NCBI GenBank assembly: GCA_964016885.1
Contig: OZ024749.1
Coordinates: 44,578,001 to 44,642,000 of the forward strand
Reading direction: 5' to 3'
Origin: Eledone cirrhosa
Taxonomy: Eukaryota
DNA: 64,000 nt
Numbering within the stretch: the stretch's first letter is position 1; every line of letters begins with the position of its first letter. The notes beneath the pieces were generated by a model that saw only the letters and a program-made list of their open reading frames with translations, had not been told where the DNA came from and ran no database searches. Below are positions 14,421 to 29,200 of this stretch, piece after piece. A program made the translations under genes and the position numbers.

Positions 14421-15126
14421 TAATAATAATAATAATGATAATAATGATAATAATAATGATTGGCAATAAATATTAATTTCAGGTTTCTGTGATATGCCTC
14501 AGCACTATTTTATTGTAATATTGTTTTTTTTTTTGTAGTTGTTTTTCGGAAAAGGAGGTGTGTGTGTGTGTATGAGGCTTTACGTATCCCCTATTTAGGT
14601 TTATTTTTATTTTATTTTATTTTTTTTGTTAATGAAATTAGAAAATTTAATCAAAGAAGTAAATAAGCGTAAGGGTGAAAGTAATTTTGTAAAAAAAAAT
14701 AGCGGAACTAACTTCTGTCACTTATTACGTATAATGCATTCTGTTTAGTCTGGGTCTATGTGATGTATGTATGTAGTATGTTGTACTGGGTATTGGGTGA
14801 TGTATGCATGTTTGAAGTGAATCTATAAGTGTTTGCGTATGTGTTTCTGCAAGTGGATATATGTGTAGTATGTATGTGTTTCTGAGTTTCTGTTACTGTG
14901 TGTGTGTGTGTAATTCTAATTAAGTATTGATGTGTGTAGCCATGCATGACGACGTGCATGAGTGAATATGGTTGAATAGGATGACACAGCAAAGACGAAG
15001 AATAATGTTTTTGCCCCTCTCTCTCTCTCTGTATATATATATATATATGCGTATGTGTGTGTGTGTGCGTGTGACTGTGTATGTTCATGCATGTGTGTGT
15101 GAGAGTATGTGTGTATGTAAACATAC

Positions 15127-15227
<101 letters not shown>

Positions 15228-15236
15228 TATATATAT

Positions 15237-15273
<37 letters not shown>

Positions 15274-15296
15274 CGCACATATATATATATATATAT

Positions 15297-15331
<35 letters not shown>

Positions 15332-15589
15332 GGTGTGTGTGTGTGTCTGTATGTACGTATGCTTACAGTCAGGATGAAACATCTCAACCCTACAACAAGA
15401 TTATGGTTTCCTATTCAAATTGATATAGATGGAAATGAAGGATGCATTTCAAAGACCTCGACTTGCTTCTGTTTGGTTTTTTCAGACATAGATTTAGTTC
15501 AATACATAGTTTCTACATAGCTTTCTGAGCAGGCCCCAAATATATATTTTATTGTGTTGAACATAATTTTATTGCTAAGCTTATAGAAA

Positions 15590-15646
15590 ATGTGTTACAC
15601 CTTACCGTATATAAGATGTGTTACACCTTACCGTATATAAGATGTG
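15590..15646. repeat. 26-bp perfect tandem duplication
   Basis: ATGTGTTACACCTTACCGTATATAAG twice plus a partial third copy. Confidence 0.95.
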
Positions 15647-15791
15647 AAACCAAAACGACAATTTGGTGCGATGTAATGTGTATTAAATAAATATATACTA
15701 TCTTTATATCATAGCGGTGTCTTTAGACATAACTACCCTGTCTTAAAGATCAATATGAAACATGAAATATTTTATATTTAAGTTATATAAA

Positions 15792-15968
<177 letters not shown>

Positions 15969-16573
15969 ATATATATATATATATATATTAATATTCCCAC
16001 GTAGAACATGTGATATATTCATTAATCCTCGTCTGAAGATTTCACGTTCTTGACACATAAGTATATTAACATATCATATTAACATATTAACAAGCGTAGT
16101 CCTTCCAGGTTGCATCCGTACACTTGTTGTGCGTTATAAGATAATTAGATTCTCGTTCTCACCTCACCCTCCAATAGTAATATTTCCTGAAATTGTATGA
16201 ACTGAAACGATATAAGCTTTGGTGAAATATTTAGATATGTTCGAGGATATAACGTTAAAACTGCTAGAGCCAGGATAAGAAGATCCTAGTAATGTCTGTA
16301 AAATGGTTGACGTTAAAATAGGTACGAAAACGTAGCGACGCTGTGGAAAATGATTGTAACAATGAAATTGGGACGACTCATGATATAAATAAGTTCTGAA
16401 CAGAAATGCCTGCTACCATAGGTTTCAAGCAGTACACGACACAAATATTATATAGCTGCTAGTTTAGTTAACTTCAAACAAAACCACGATGGTTCAGTAC
16501 ATTAGATACTCCGCTTTTCTCCCTGATCTATTCTCCGGAAAATCTTGGCACTATACATATATATGTATATATG

Positions 16574-16689
<116 letters not shown>

Positions 16690-17001
16690 ATGTACATATA
16701 TTTCCATATATATACATATACACACATTTTCAAGCATGAATACATAGATAGATAGATACATAAATACATATTAGTCTGATATTCTTCTCGGCGTGTGAAA
16801 TGTCAAACAGATTACCAATTACTAAACACATAAACTGATAAAGACTAACAAAGTATTACACATAACTACATGGGCATACTTCTTCTAATGTCCATATATA
16901 TATACACACACATGACCACATACAGTAACAGAAACAAGAACACACACACACTCAGACATATATACATACACATACGTACATACCCAAACAGAGAGACGCA
17001 G

Positions 17002-17067
<66 letters not shown>

Positions 17068-17105
17068 GTGTATATATACATATATATATATAAATATATA
17101 TGTAT

Positions 17106-17226
<121 letters not shown>

Positions 17227-17256
17227 CATATATTATATAAATATTATATTATAATA

Positions 17257-17334
<78 letters not shown>

Positions 17335-17828
17335 TATGCATATATATATATATATATATCACTAAATCTTTCTCTTTCTCTATCTCATTGTACAATTTAC
17401 ACATTTACAAACACTTCACCACACTACCACACAGCACAACACAACACCACACAAACACACTACAGAAAACAAAACATTTCTTTCACTATCAATTTACTGA
17501 AACTTCAAAATTCACCCCGAAATAGGAGATATTTTATTAGAACTTTATTGTTTTACGAGTCGGATTTAATGGCGTGGTACTCATTGTTGTTCTGACTTGA
17601 AGAGAAGATTTTTGCAGCGTTGATTCAGAATCGGTCTTACGCTATTGCGCTAACCTGTGTTTGACCCATTCCATACTCTTTGCCAATAAATTGTACAATT
17701 AGCGCTTGTTCTTACACAAATCAAAAGCAATGCCTATCTGTATGTGTCTTTTAGTGTGTTTTACAATGTGCCTCTCTGACGCTGTTTGCTTGCGCGTGTG
17801 CGTCTGTAACTGTGTGTGTGTTCGTGTA

Positions 17829-18165
17829 CTTGTTTATTTGTGTGCTTGTGTGTTAGTGTACGTGTGCCTTTGAATCTGTGTGTGCTTGTTTATTTCTGTG
17901 CTTGTGTGTTTGTGTGCGTGTGCCTTTGCATCTGTGTGTGCTTGTTTATTTCTGTGCTTGTGTGTTTGTGTGCGTGTGCCTTTGCATCTGTGTGTGCTTG
18001 TTTATTTCTGTGCTTGTGTGTTTGTGTGCGTGTGCCTTTGCATCTGTGTGTGCTTGTTTATTTCTGTGCTTGTGTGTTTGTGTGCGTGTGCCTTTGCATC
18101 TGTGTGTGCTTGTTTATTTCTGTGCTTGTGTGTTTGTGTGCGTGTGCCTTTGTATCTCTGTGTGT
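17829..18165. repeat. 56-bp minisatellite, ~6 copies
   Basis: CTTGTTTATTTCTGTGCTTGTGTGTTTGTGTGCGTGTGCCTTTGCATCTGTGTGTG repeats at 17885, 17941, 17997 and onward, with identical central units. Confidence 0.95.
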
Positions 18166-18499
18166 GTCCGTGTGGTTGTTTATATGTGTGTGCTTGTGTG
18201 TTTGAGTGAATCTGCCTTTCTAACTGAGTGTGTTGGTCTTCTTGTTTGTTTGTGTGCTCGTCTGTCTGTGTTCTTTTGTGTGTTTGTGTCTCTCTCTAGC
18301 CGTGTGAGTTTATACATGGACCACATTGTTTTATGTATGTGTATGTGTTTTGTTAGTGAATCGGTAGTGTGTAAGTAACCTCTGTGAGAGTTTATATGTA
18401 TGTATGATTATATATATATATATATATATATGATATGTGTGTTTGTGTTTCCACCTATAGTTATGTATATATACATACATTATATACATATACATATAC

Positions 18500-18561
<62 letters not shown>

Positions 18562-18927
18562 ATATATACACACACATACATACATATGTATATATATATA
18601 GATACATATGTACATAAATATGCATACACACACACACACACACACACTCACACACACACATATATATATAGAGCGAGATTGTGTGTGTGCGCATGTGTAT
18701 ATATAAATATATATTCATTGATGTATTTGTTTAGATATGTATGTGTTTTCTGATTTTATATTATGTCTTGTATTTCTCGTGCGTGTATAAAATATTATGT
18801 TATGCACTATATGTGGAAATGTGTATATATAAGCATGTTTATTTATCCGTGTATCCGTGTGGCTGAATATATCTCTATGTATGTATGTCCGTATGTATGT
18901 ATATATATATATTTATATATATATATA

Positions 18928-19006
<79 letters not shown>

Positions 19007-19016
19007 TATATATATA

Positions 19017-19096
<80 letters not shown>

Positions 19097-20159
19097 TGTG
19101 TGTGTATATATATATATTTAAATGTATGTATATGTGTGTGTGTAAATGATGAAACCGCACATTTATAGCTGGGTCGTTGCGGTCAAGCATACATCGTTAT
19201 AACGAGAACAAAGTATTGCCAATTAGATCCGAAATTTGTGTACGACTTTAGTGAAACTTCAGTTTGGCTCTAAACGTTCGGAAAGGCATCAGTTAAAATT
19301 ATCTGAGTGATGGGCGATTCATTTCGTCATTCCATTGAATACAGTTATCTTTGATCTGCAACCTTTTTTTGTACAATTCTTGCATTATGGACATTTTAAA
19401 TTGAATTTTCTACGGTAACTGTCTGACCATTATTTCCAAATTGAACATTTGCGCTTGTGTCAAGCCGGCCGCCATTGTACGTAGCTTATTTGATAAGCAC
19501 TCTTAATATCACTATGATCAACATCTTTCAGAATCCGAACAACTTTCATCTTTGCTTCACCTCTGACACCCTGGTATTTACTTTAGTATTTAGGCTAAAG
19601 TAGAAGCATCATCGAACAACGAACACACAGTGTTATTATGGCAGTGACAGTAAAGAAGATATGAAAAGAAAAAGCGAGTTTTCCTGACGATTCGAAAGGA
19701 AAACAATTCATTCATTTGAGACGTTGGTGATAAAAAGTCACGTGGATACCTGACGGAAATGGCAAGGGGTCAGAGAAATGTAGAAATAACAATAGCGAAA
19801 TGCGTGGAGGAGTCATAATGGCCGAATTGATAAGGTGATGCCCTCTTAGCTGAAAAGTCATCAGTTCGTTTCATAGTTCTATGCATTGCCTGCCCTTAAC
19901 TTCAAGCAGAACAAGTAATCGTTGGATGCCGTAGAGTGAGTGCTGGAGACTTTAGATGTGTGGTGCTGGTACGAGTCGGTTGTGCTGGAATAGGTCCCGA
20001 ATTATTTACTTCGTGATTATCCACAGTGTTATATGTGCGAAAGCTATATGGATGAAAGAATAATGTAATAGAGTTAAGGCCTTTGTAGTTTCTGCTTATT
20101 CCTATACCAGCACTGAAAACATTCCATCCGTGATCATCCCTTTTCTTTTTATAACACAT

Positions 20160-20200
<41 letters not shown>

Positions 20201-20207
20201 TATAATA

Positions 20208-20285
<78 letters not shown>

Positions 20286-20312
20286 TATATATATAACTAA
20301 ATAACCAAGAAT

Positions 20313-20480
20313 GGAGGCATATATACCTGTGTGGTTAAGAAGTTCGCTTTGCGATCAGGAGGACCTGAATTCGATCCCACTTCGTATCATCTGGAGGAAA
20401 TGTCTTCACCGTATCATCGAGATGGTCAATGTGTTGCCAGTAAATTTGGTTAGACGCTAGTCATATGGAAACCCATCGGC
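20313..20480 (+). mobile_element. Old tRNA-derived SINE (family C), degenerate
   Basis: CTGTGTGGTTAAGAAGTTCGC...TTCGATCCCAC...AAATGTCTTC...ATTTGGTTAGACG; a related relic lies at ~11363-11480. Confidence 0.5.
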
Positions 20481-20490
20481 TGATTGTATA

Positions 20491-21025
20491 TACGGTGGTC
20501 GACTGAAAAGTTAATTGGCTGACCAAGTCAGTCTCATAGAATGAACAAATGAGGTGTATTTTTAAAACATAGTCCCTGTTGAGAAACAATGTTTATAAGA
20601 AGAGTTGAAATTAATGCATGCAAGATTTCAAAGCAATAGCATCACCCCTTCATAAGCTGACCAAGACACTCTAATGGAATGAACAAATGAACATTATATG
20701 TCCTCATAGTCCCTGGAAAGAAACAATGTAGTTATTAATGAAGAAGTGGATTGGCAGTATCGGTAGAGGGTCGGACGCCATGCTTTGACGCATAGAGTTA
20801 CGGCCCTTGCCATTCTGAGTTCAAATCCCGCCGAGGTTAACTTTGCCTTTCATCCTTACGGGCTCGATAACATAAAGTACCAGTAATACACTGGATAATT
20901 GCTGGCCTTGTGCCAAAAGTAGAAACAATTAATGAAGAAGATTTGAAATTAATGCATGCACAATTAGACAGTTCTAGTATCACTCCTTCAATATTACCAT
21001 ATGAACATTTCAGCTGACACTCGTA
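20491..21025. mobile_element. Non-autonomous mariner-like element (MITE) with TA TSD
   Basis: TA-CGGTGGTCGACTGAAAAGTTAA ... TGAACATTTCAGCTGACACTCG-TA form imperfect TIRs; internal ~140-bp duplication; nested SINE. Confidence 0.6.
20747..20930 (+). mobile_element. Family A SINE with 13-bp TSD, nested in the MITE
   Basis: ATTAATGAAGAAG at 20734-20746 and 20928-20940. Confidence 0.93.
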
Positions 21026-21346
21026 TATAATTGTAAGTTATACTGTTGTCACACATAGTGTCACGATGGTTTGAATCGAAAATTATATAAAGGGTACCCG
21101 CATCTGTCGAATATTGAAGCACTCACACGTTAAGATGCGTAGTGAATTTATTGACCAAGCGAAGACACATTTGCGAAATGAACGGATTACCTATACTCTA
21201 GAACTACATGTTATCATTTTAAATTCCATATTCAAGACTATAGAGCGTGATTTGATGGGGATTGGGTTGCAACAACCAACAGCATGAGCTAGGATATATA
21301 GGTCCCGTAGTGGACTGGATCTGGAGTTTCTTTAAAATTGTTATAT

Positions 21347-21489
<143 letters not shown>

Positions 21490-21500
21490 GTATGTATGTG

Positions 21501-21531
<31 letters not shown>

Positions 21532-21535
<4 letters not shown>

Positions 21536-21680
21536 AAATAACAGATTAAAGTTTAAGCAAAGAATCGATGCTTTCACCCTTAACGTTAAGGGTGAAAGCA
21601 GCGATTATTTGCTTAAACTTTAATCTGTTATTTTAATAAATATTTGTTCTACGGTTTTTATATATATTTATATATTGCTT
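21532..21680 (+). mobile_element. TA-flanked fold-back element, family P3 (Penelope-like terminus)
   Basis: ~53-bp arms with no spacer, centred on CCCTTAAC|GTTAAGGG; the same sequence occurs at 31208-31260. Confidence 0.7.
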
Positions 21681-21760
21681 TTCTCTATTTACACACACAC
21701 GCTGCCATATATGTATATATATATATATACATATATGTATATATGTATGCATATACATGC

Positions 21761-21807
<47 letters not shown>

Positions 21808-22303
21808 TATATATATATTTATATATATATATATATATAAGTACTGTCTAATTATTTCCTGTTAGTTTGCTGATTAATAAATCGTACTATACGAATCCAT
21901 TTTCCACATTTTATCTGCCGATTATCATCTTTACACACCATTGTATTCAACTTCTTCAGCTATTTAAATGTTTTCTCATTTTTCATCGCATTTCCTTTAC
22001 TTTCGTTCCACAGCTTCTGTTTTTCAAGTCATATAATACAGACGGCTATTGAAATTGACACATCCTCCGGTGTAGAAAACAGTTTTTTTCTCCCTTTGTT
22101 CAACTGCATTCGTTTTTGTTTGCTACTGTGTAGTTTTTAGTTTTTTGATTGTCTGCCTGTGTATGTATGTATGTATGTATGTATGTATGTATGTATGTAT
22201 GTATGTATGTATGTATGTATGTATGTATATGTGTAAATGTATATATATATATATATAAATATATATATACATGTGCATGTGTGAATGAGTTTGTGTTAAT
22301 ATG

Positions 22304-22345
<42 letters not shown>

Positions 22346-22452
22346 TATTTATGTATATATATTTGAATATATATATGTATATTTATTTAAATATACATAT
22401 ATATATATATACATATACATATATATACATATATATATAATATATGTATATA

Positions 22453-22573
<121 letters not shown>

Positions 22574-23083
22574 CAATACTTTGATATTTTTATCTAAATA
22601 GTGTAATATCTGAATATCTAGAAATGTATTCTGTATTCACTTAGTCATTTAATATTCATAATCTCTACATCCGATGTCCCAAATGCATCCATTGTTTAAG
22701 AATAATATCATAGAAAATGCCGAAATAGCATATAACCTGCGGAACTAAATAAAAAGCAAGTATTTTATTAGTAATGGTTTTTTTTACTAGGATTCTATCA
22801 CTATTTCCTTTTCTTTACTCAGCAATACAGTTTGTTTAATATCATTTAGTATGTTTTTTGTTACGTTTGTATAAGATAAATAGCATTACTGTGGAATTTA
22901 TTATAAATACATTTGATTTGATATTTTTTCTAGAATTATGTTTTGTCTTAACATTAAACTACTGAAAAATTAACCGAACATACGCACACTCATATACGCA
23001 CAACCACGCTCTCTCATATACTCGCACACACGCACACAAACAAATGCACACACATACACACACATACACACATATACATATGC

Positions 23084-23131
<48 letters not shown>

Positions 23132-23205
23132 GCATATGTATATGTGTGTATGTGTGTCTATAAATATAAATATATATATACACACACACAAACACATACA
23201 CGGAC

Positions 23206-23238
<33 letters not shown>

Positions 23239-23674
23239 TATTTATATATGTGTGTGTGTGTGTATGGTTGTGGATGTATAAATGTTTATATATGCTCCCA
23301 GACACATGTATGCATGTGTATGTGATATGTACGTGGGTGTGTGTATGTGTGTGTGCGTGCGTGAATGTGTCTGGGTGTATGTGTGTGTGATATTGTTTGT
23401 TTGTATAGATTGTTTGTTTATATACGCATATTTGCATTGCGTGTGCAAGGACACGCACAAAGGTCACCGCCAAACACACACTTATAAGTGTTAGTATAAC
23501 ACTTATAAGTATAAGTGTTTTTTTTATGATAAAATTATAAACATATATTTATTTTATTTTTACTTTATTGTTATTGTTCGTATCATCACCACCAGTAACT
23601 GCAACAATAGCATCAACAACAGCAATAACAATGATGATTATGAAGATGATGATGACGATGATGGTGATGGTGAA

Positions 23675-23713
<39 letters not shown>

Positions 23714-23752
23714 AAGAATATATATTACAATTATTTCAATTATTATTTTAAT

Positions 23753-24440
23753 GGCGGTGGATTGGCAGTATCGGTAGAGGGTCGGACGCCATGCTTTGAC
23801 GCATAGAGTTACGGCCCTTGCCATTCTGAGTTCAAATCCCGCCGAGGTTAACTCTGCCTTTCATTCTTACGGGGTCGATAAAATAAAGTACCAGTAATAC
23901 ACTGGGTAATTGCTGGCCTTGTGCCTAAAGTGGAAACAATTATTTTAATCGTGGTTATTGCTATTGTTGGTGTTATTACTCCTACATCAATTACTATAAG
24001 TTTTGTTGTTGTTGTCGTTGTTGTAGTTGTTGTTGTTGAACTTATAAGTTTACACCGTAGTGTTATGGCCCCTTACATACTGAGTTCAAATCCCGCCGAG
24101 CTTAACTTTTGCCTTTCATCCTTACGGGGTCTATAAAATAAAGTACCAGTAATACACTGGGTAATTGCTGGCCTCCTTCCCAAAGTAGAAACAAAAATTA
24201 TTATTACAACTATTATTATTGTTATTGTTGTTGTTTTGGTTGTTGCAGTCGTCTTCGCTGTGTTTGTTGTTGTTGTTGTTATTACTAATACAACTATTAT
24301 AGTTGTTGTTGTTGTTGCTGCTGTTAAGTTGTTAATATAGCTAAAACTAAACTTTGCCTTTCATCCTTTCGGGGTCGATAAAATAAAGTACCAGTAATAC
24401 ACTGGGTTATTGCTGGCCTTGTGCCTAAAGTAGAAACAAG
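23753..24440 (+). mobile_element. Three tandem family A SINEs (23753-23940 full, 24062-24200 and 24348-24440 truncated)
   Basis: Family A body in each; the first has an 11-bp TSD ATTATTTTAAT. Confidence 0.9.
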
Positions 24441-24488
24441 TATTATTATAGTTATTGTTGTTGTCGTTGTTGTCGTCGTCGTTGTTGC

Positions 24489-24519
<31 letters not shown>

Positions 24520-24687
24520 AATACTACAAATATTATAATTGTGGCTGTTGTTGTCGTAGTCGATGTTGTTGCTGTTGTTGTTACTGTTGTTGGTGTTATT
24601 GTTGTTATTACTACTACAACGATTATAATTGTCGCTGTTATAGTTGTCGTCGTTGTTGTTGTTGTTGTTGTTGTTGCTGTTGTTGTT

Positions 24688-24768
<81 letters not shown>

Positions 24769-24770
24769 AA
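24440..24770. repeat. (GTT)n-rich microsatellite
   Basis: Direct. Confidence 0.95.
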
Positions 24771-24969
24771 TGTATTGTCAACGTAAAATGAATGCAGCTA
24801 TCTGTTTAGTTCTGTATATTGCTTTGTAATCACTGAGATTGCCCAAGGTAAACAGTTTTAGAAATTTAAAACTAAAAGCTCACGTATGCTTAAGTACATG
24901 TCACAAAAGACATGCACACGTCTGCGCACAAACACTACTTGAAACACGTACACCCATTAACTCACACAC

Positions 24970-25008
<39 letters not shown>

Positions 25009-25066
25009 TACATACATACACACATACACACACATACACACACACACACCCACATACACACACACA

Positions 25067-25109
<43 letters not shown>

Positions 25110-25582
25110 ACATACACTCTCTCTCACTTACACACACTTATACGTTTATTTATATACACACATACTGTAATACATTCACTCACACAGCTACGCAAACAAA
25201 CAAACATACATATATATGCAAACAAGTATACACACAGCCACACAAATGGCATATTCACACTTTTACACTGACACTTTATAAGGAAATACATACTAAGCAT
25301 ACATACATATACATACTAACAAACATATAGACATTCTGTAGGCAAGCACACACATGCATATACATATATGTCATTTTCACACACATACAATGAAACTTTA
25401 ATAATGTAACACGTATTAACACTATTGTATAAACACACACACATACACACACGCGCACACACACACACACGCACACGCACGCACACACACACACATATGT
25501 ATACATACACCCAGAACTCAGAAATTTCTATTAACATATTACTACCAAAACATAAACTAACTTACATATATATAAATACATA

Positions 25583-25745
<163 letters not shown>

Positions 25746-26185
25746 TGAAATCTTAATAAGGAAAAACAGTAACACATATTTGTATATCTATTATAATCAC
25801 ACATGCATACACACACAAGAATATATATAAGCATCACTACCACATGTACACATACACATATACACACCTGCATGTATTCATCCACGCATATAATTATTTA
25901 CTAATTTATACTGACACAATATATACATTCTTTCACATAGACAGATACCACAGGTGCATTCTAACCGACTTACACATGCAAAACATTTATACACACATAT
26001 TTCCATATATAGACACATACATATGCAAGGATAACATGTGTTTGTAACTTACTTTGACATATATTACGCAGAGATATTCACAAATATAGGCAAGTTTACA
26101 GTTTACACGTTAAAAATCATATGCAAAGTTATTAGTGTATTAATATCTATTAAAATACACTTACACACAATATATATTCGCAGAA

Positions 26186-26551
<366 letters not shown>

Positions 26552-26643
26552 ACCACATATATAACGCATGAATAACGCATGTACTGTAATCATATCAGCA
26601 TTAAACACTGAATATTTCCTTCTTAAAATAAATGTATGTCTTC

Positions 26644-26675
<32 letters not shown>

Positions 26676-26686
26676 GTATATATATA

Positions 26687-26765
<79 letters not shown>

Positions 26766-26767
<2 letters not shown>

Positions 26768-26982
26768 CGAAGGAAATGTGGTAAGGAACCAGGTGGACCA
26801 TAACGCACCAAAGTACTCAATACTTAGGGTAGTAGAGTGGGTAATAGGAACCAGTAAGACCCCGACGGCTGAGCTCAAGCCGTTTCGACGGCTAATTCTG
26901 GACTAAATTCTGGACTAAATTTTAGTCCAGAATTAGCCGTCGAAACGGCTTGAGCACAGCCGTCGGGGTCTTACTGGTTCCT
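26766..26982 (-). mobile_element. P1 element with fold-back hairpin
   Basis: Long arm plus inverted short arm; small duplication AATTCTGGACTA at the apex; (TA)n on both sides. Confidence 0.8.
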
Positions 26983-27327
26983 ATATATATATATATATAT
27001 ATACTTAATCTGTCATGCACACACAGAAACACACAAACTTACAGAACGGATAGTATCGTATAATGCTCTACAAATTGTCTCCCGTCACTGAATAATACTG
27101 TTTTATGCAAATGGCTGTATTTTGAATGATTTCTCTTATTTTCTTATATTGATTCATTTTAGTATCGACAGAAAATATACGTAACTGTATCCTCTATGAA
27201 TGTTAGTATGCTGACGAGATGATATCGGCTGAAACATGTGTCTGTCTATAGCTGTACATCACCTACAAGGAAAGTTCAGCCATCTCACTCTCTCAGTATG
27301 TGAACAATTCTGAGATCTTACATTTAT

Positions 27328-28090
<763 letters not shown>

Positions 28091-28559
28091 TAGTCTCTAT
28101 TACATCCACGCTGTGGGTATCCCCAATTATTTATTCTTTTGTGGGCATTAGCTAAACCAAAATCTCTGTCACTTCTGATGTTTCGATTTTCCCCCGATCT
28201 ATATATCCTATAGGGCTAGTTAGAAATAAACACATATGCGATATATCCCAAAATCACGTATTAAGCACAGTAGAAGAAAATATTAACTTAAGGGATTTTA
28301 CTATCTGAACCGGTCTCGAGTTCCATACGAAACCAAATCATTTCGTATACGACGCGAATTTTCTATTCCTCGTAAGTCACTTCTTTGTGCCTTAGTAATA
28401 CATAATTCTTAATTTGGTGGAGTTCAAAGTTCAGAAGTAATGAAGACATAGGAGAGAAGATAATCCCTCAATAAGCCAAATCCACCAACATTCATCGATT
28501 CTTAGTTGTAAATATTTTCTTTGTTCATTTCTCTCTTGTTGATTTTGTAGTAGTAGTAA

Positions 28560-28628
<69 letters not shown>

Positions 28629-28648
28629 TTGTTGTAGTAGTAGTAGTT

Positions 28649-28695
<47 letters not shown>

Positions 28696-28744
28696 TGTAG
28701 TAGTAGTAGTAGTAGTAGTTGTAGTTGTTGGAGTAAGAGGTATT

Positions 28745-28955
28745 GTTGTTTAGCTTTAGATCAGCCATGATCAAGGCGATATGATGAAAGGTAATTGCTT
28801 CCATTGCGACTCCTTGTCTTTTAATCTTTCAGTCATAATGCATCTCGGGCTTACTTTATCCAACTTGTTCCCTTCTGACTTCAAGGCAACAAAATTGGAT
28901 ATGAGATCTATTTGACTGCTATTTCTAGCCGATTGCACGACTACGGAGGCTCTCT
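28745..28955 (-). mobile_element. Old interspersed repeat (SINE-like), relatives at ~41630-41815 and ~43045-43270
   Basis: Loose shared motifs (CTAGAAATAGCAGTCAAAT..., TGGATAAAGTAAG..., CTGATCTAAAGCTAAACAACAA) ending in an (AAC)n-like tail; highly diverged. Confidence 0.4.
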
Positions 28956-28967
28956 AATGTTAGCTTA

Positions 28968-29200
28968 ATGTGCTTAGTTTTATAGAAAAATGTATAAACA
29001 TCACATAATTCAGATGCTTCTATAATATGTGTCCTTAGTATTACAGAAAAATGCATAAACATCACACAATTGAGGTACCTCTATAAAATAATGTGTCCTT
29101 ACTATGACAAAGAAATGTATAAACATCACATAATTTACGTGCCTCTATAAAATAATGTGTCCTTAGTATTATAGAGAAATGTATCAACATCCTATAATCT
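28968..29200. repeat. ~60-64-bp tandem repeat, 3.5-4 copies
   Basis: ATGTGTCCTTAGTATTA.AGAAAAATGTATAAACATCACATAATT recurs at ~28968, 29027, 29091 and 29155. Confidence 0.9.

Noticed and set aside
17829-18165. Regular repeat array as a CRISPR candidate (also 28968-29200)
   Set aside because: Head-to-tail units without unique spacers, no cas genes, eukaryotic context.
23753-23845. tRNA gene (A and B boxes)
   Set aside because: No cloverleaf; it continues into a SINE body and tail with a TSD.
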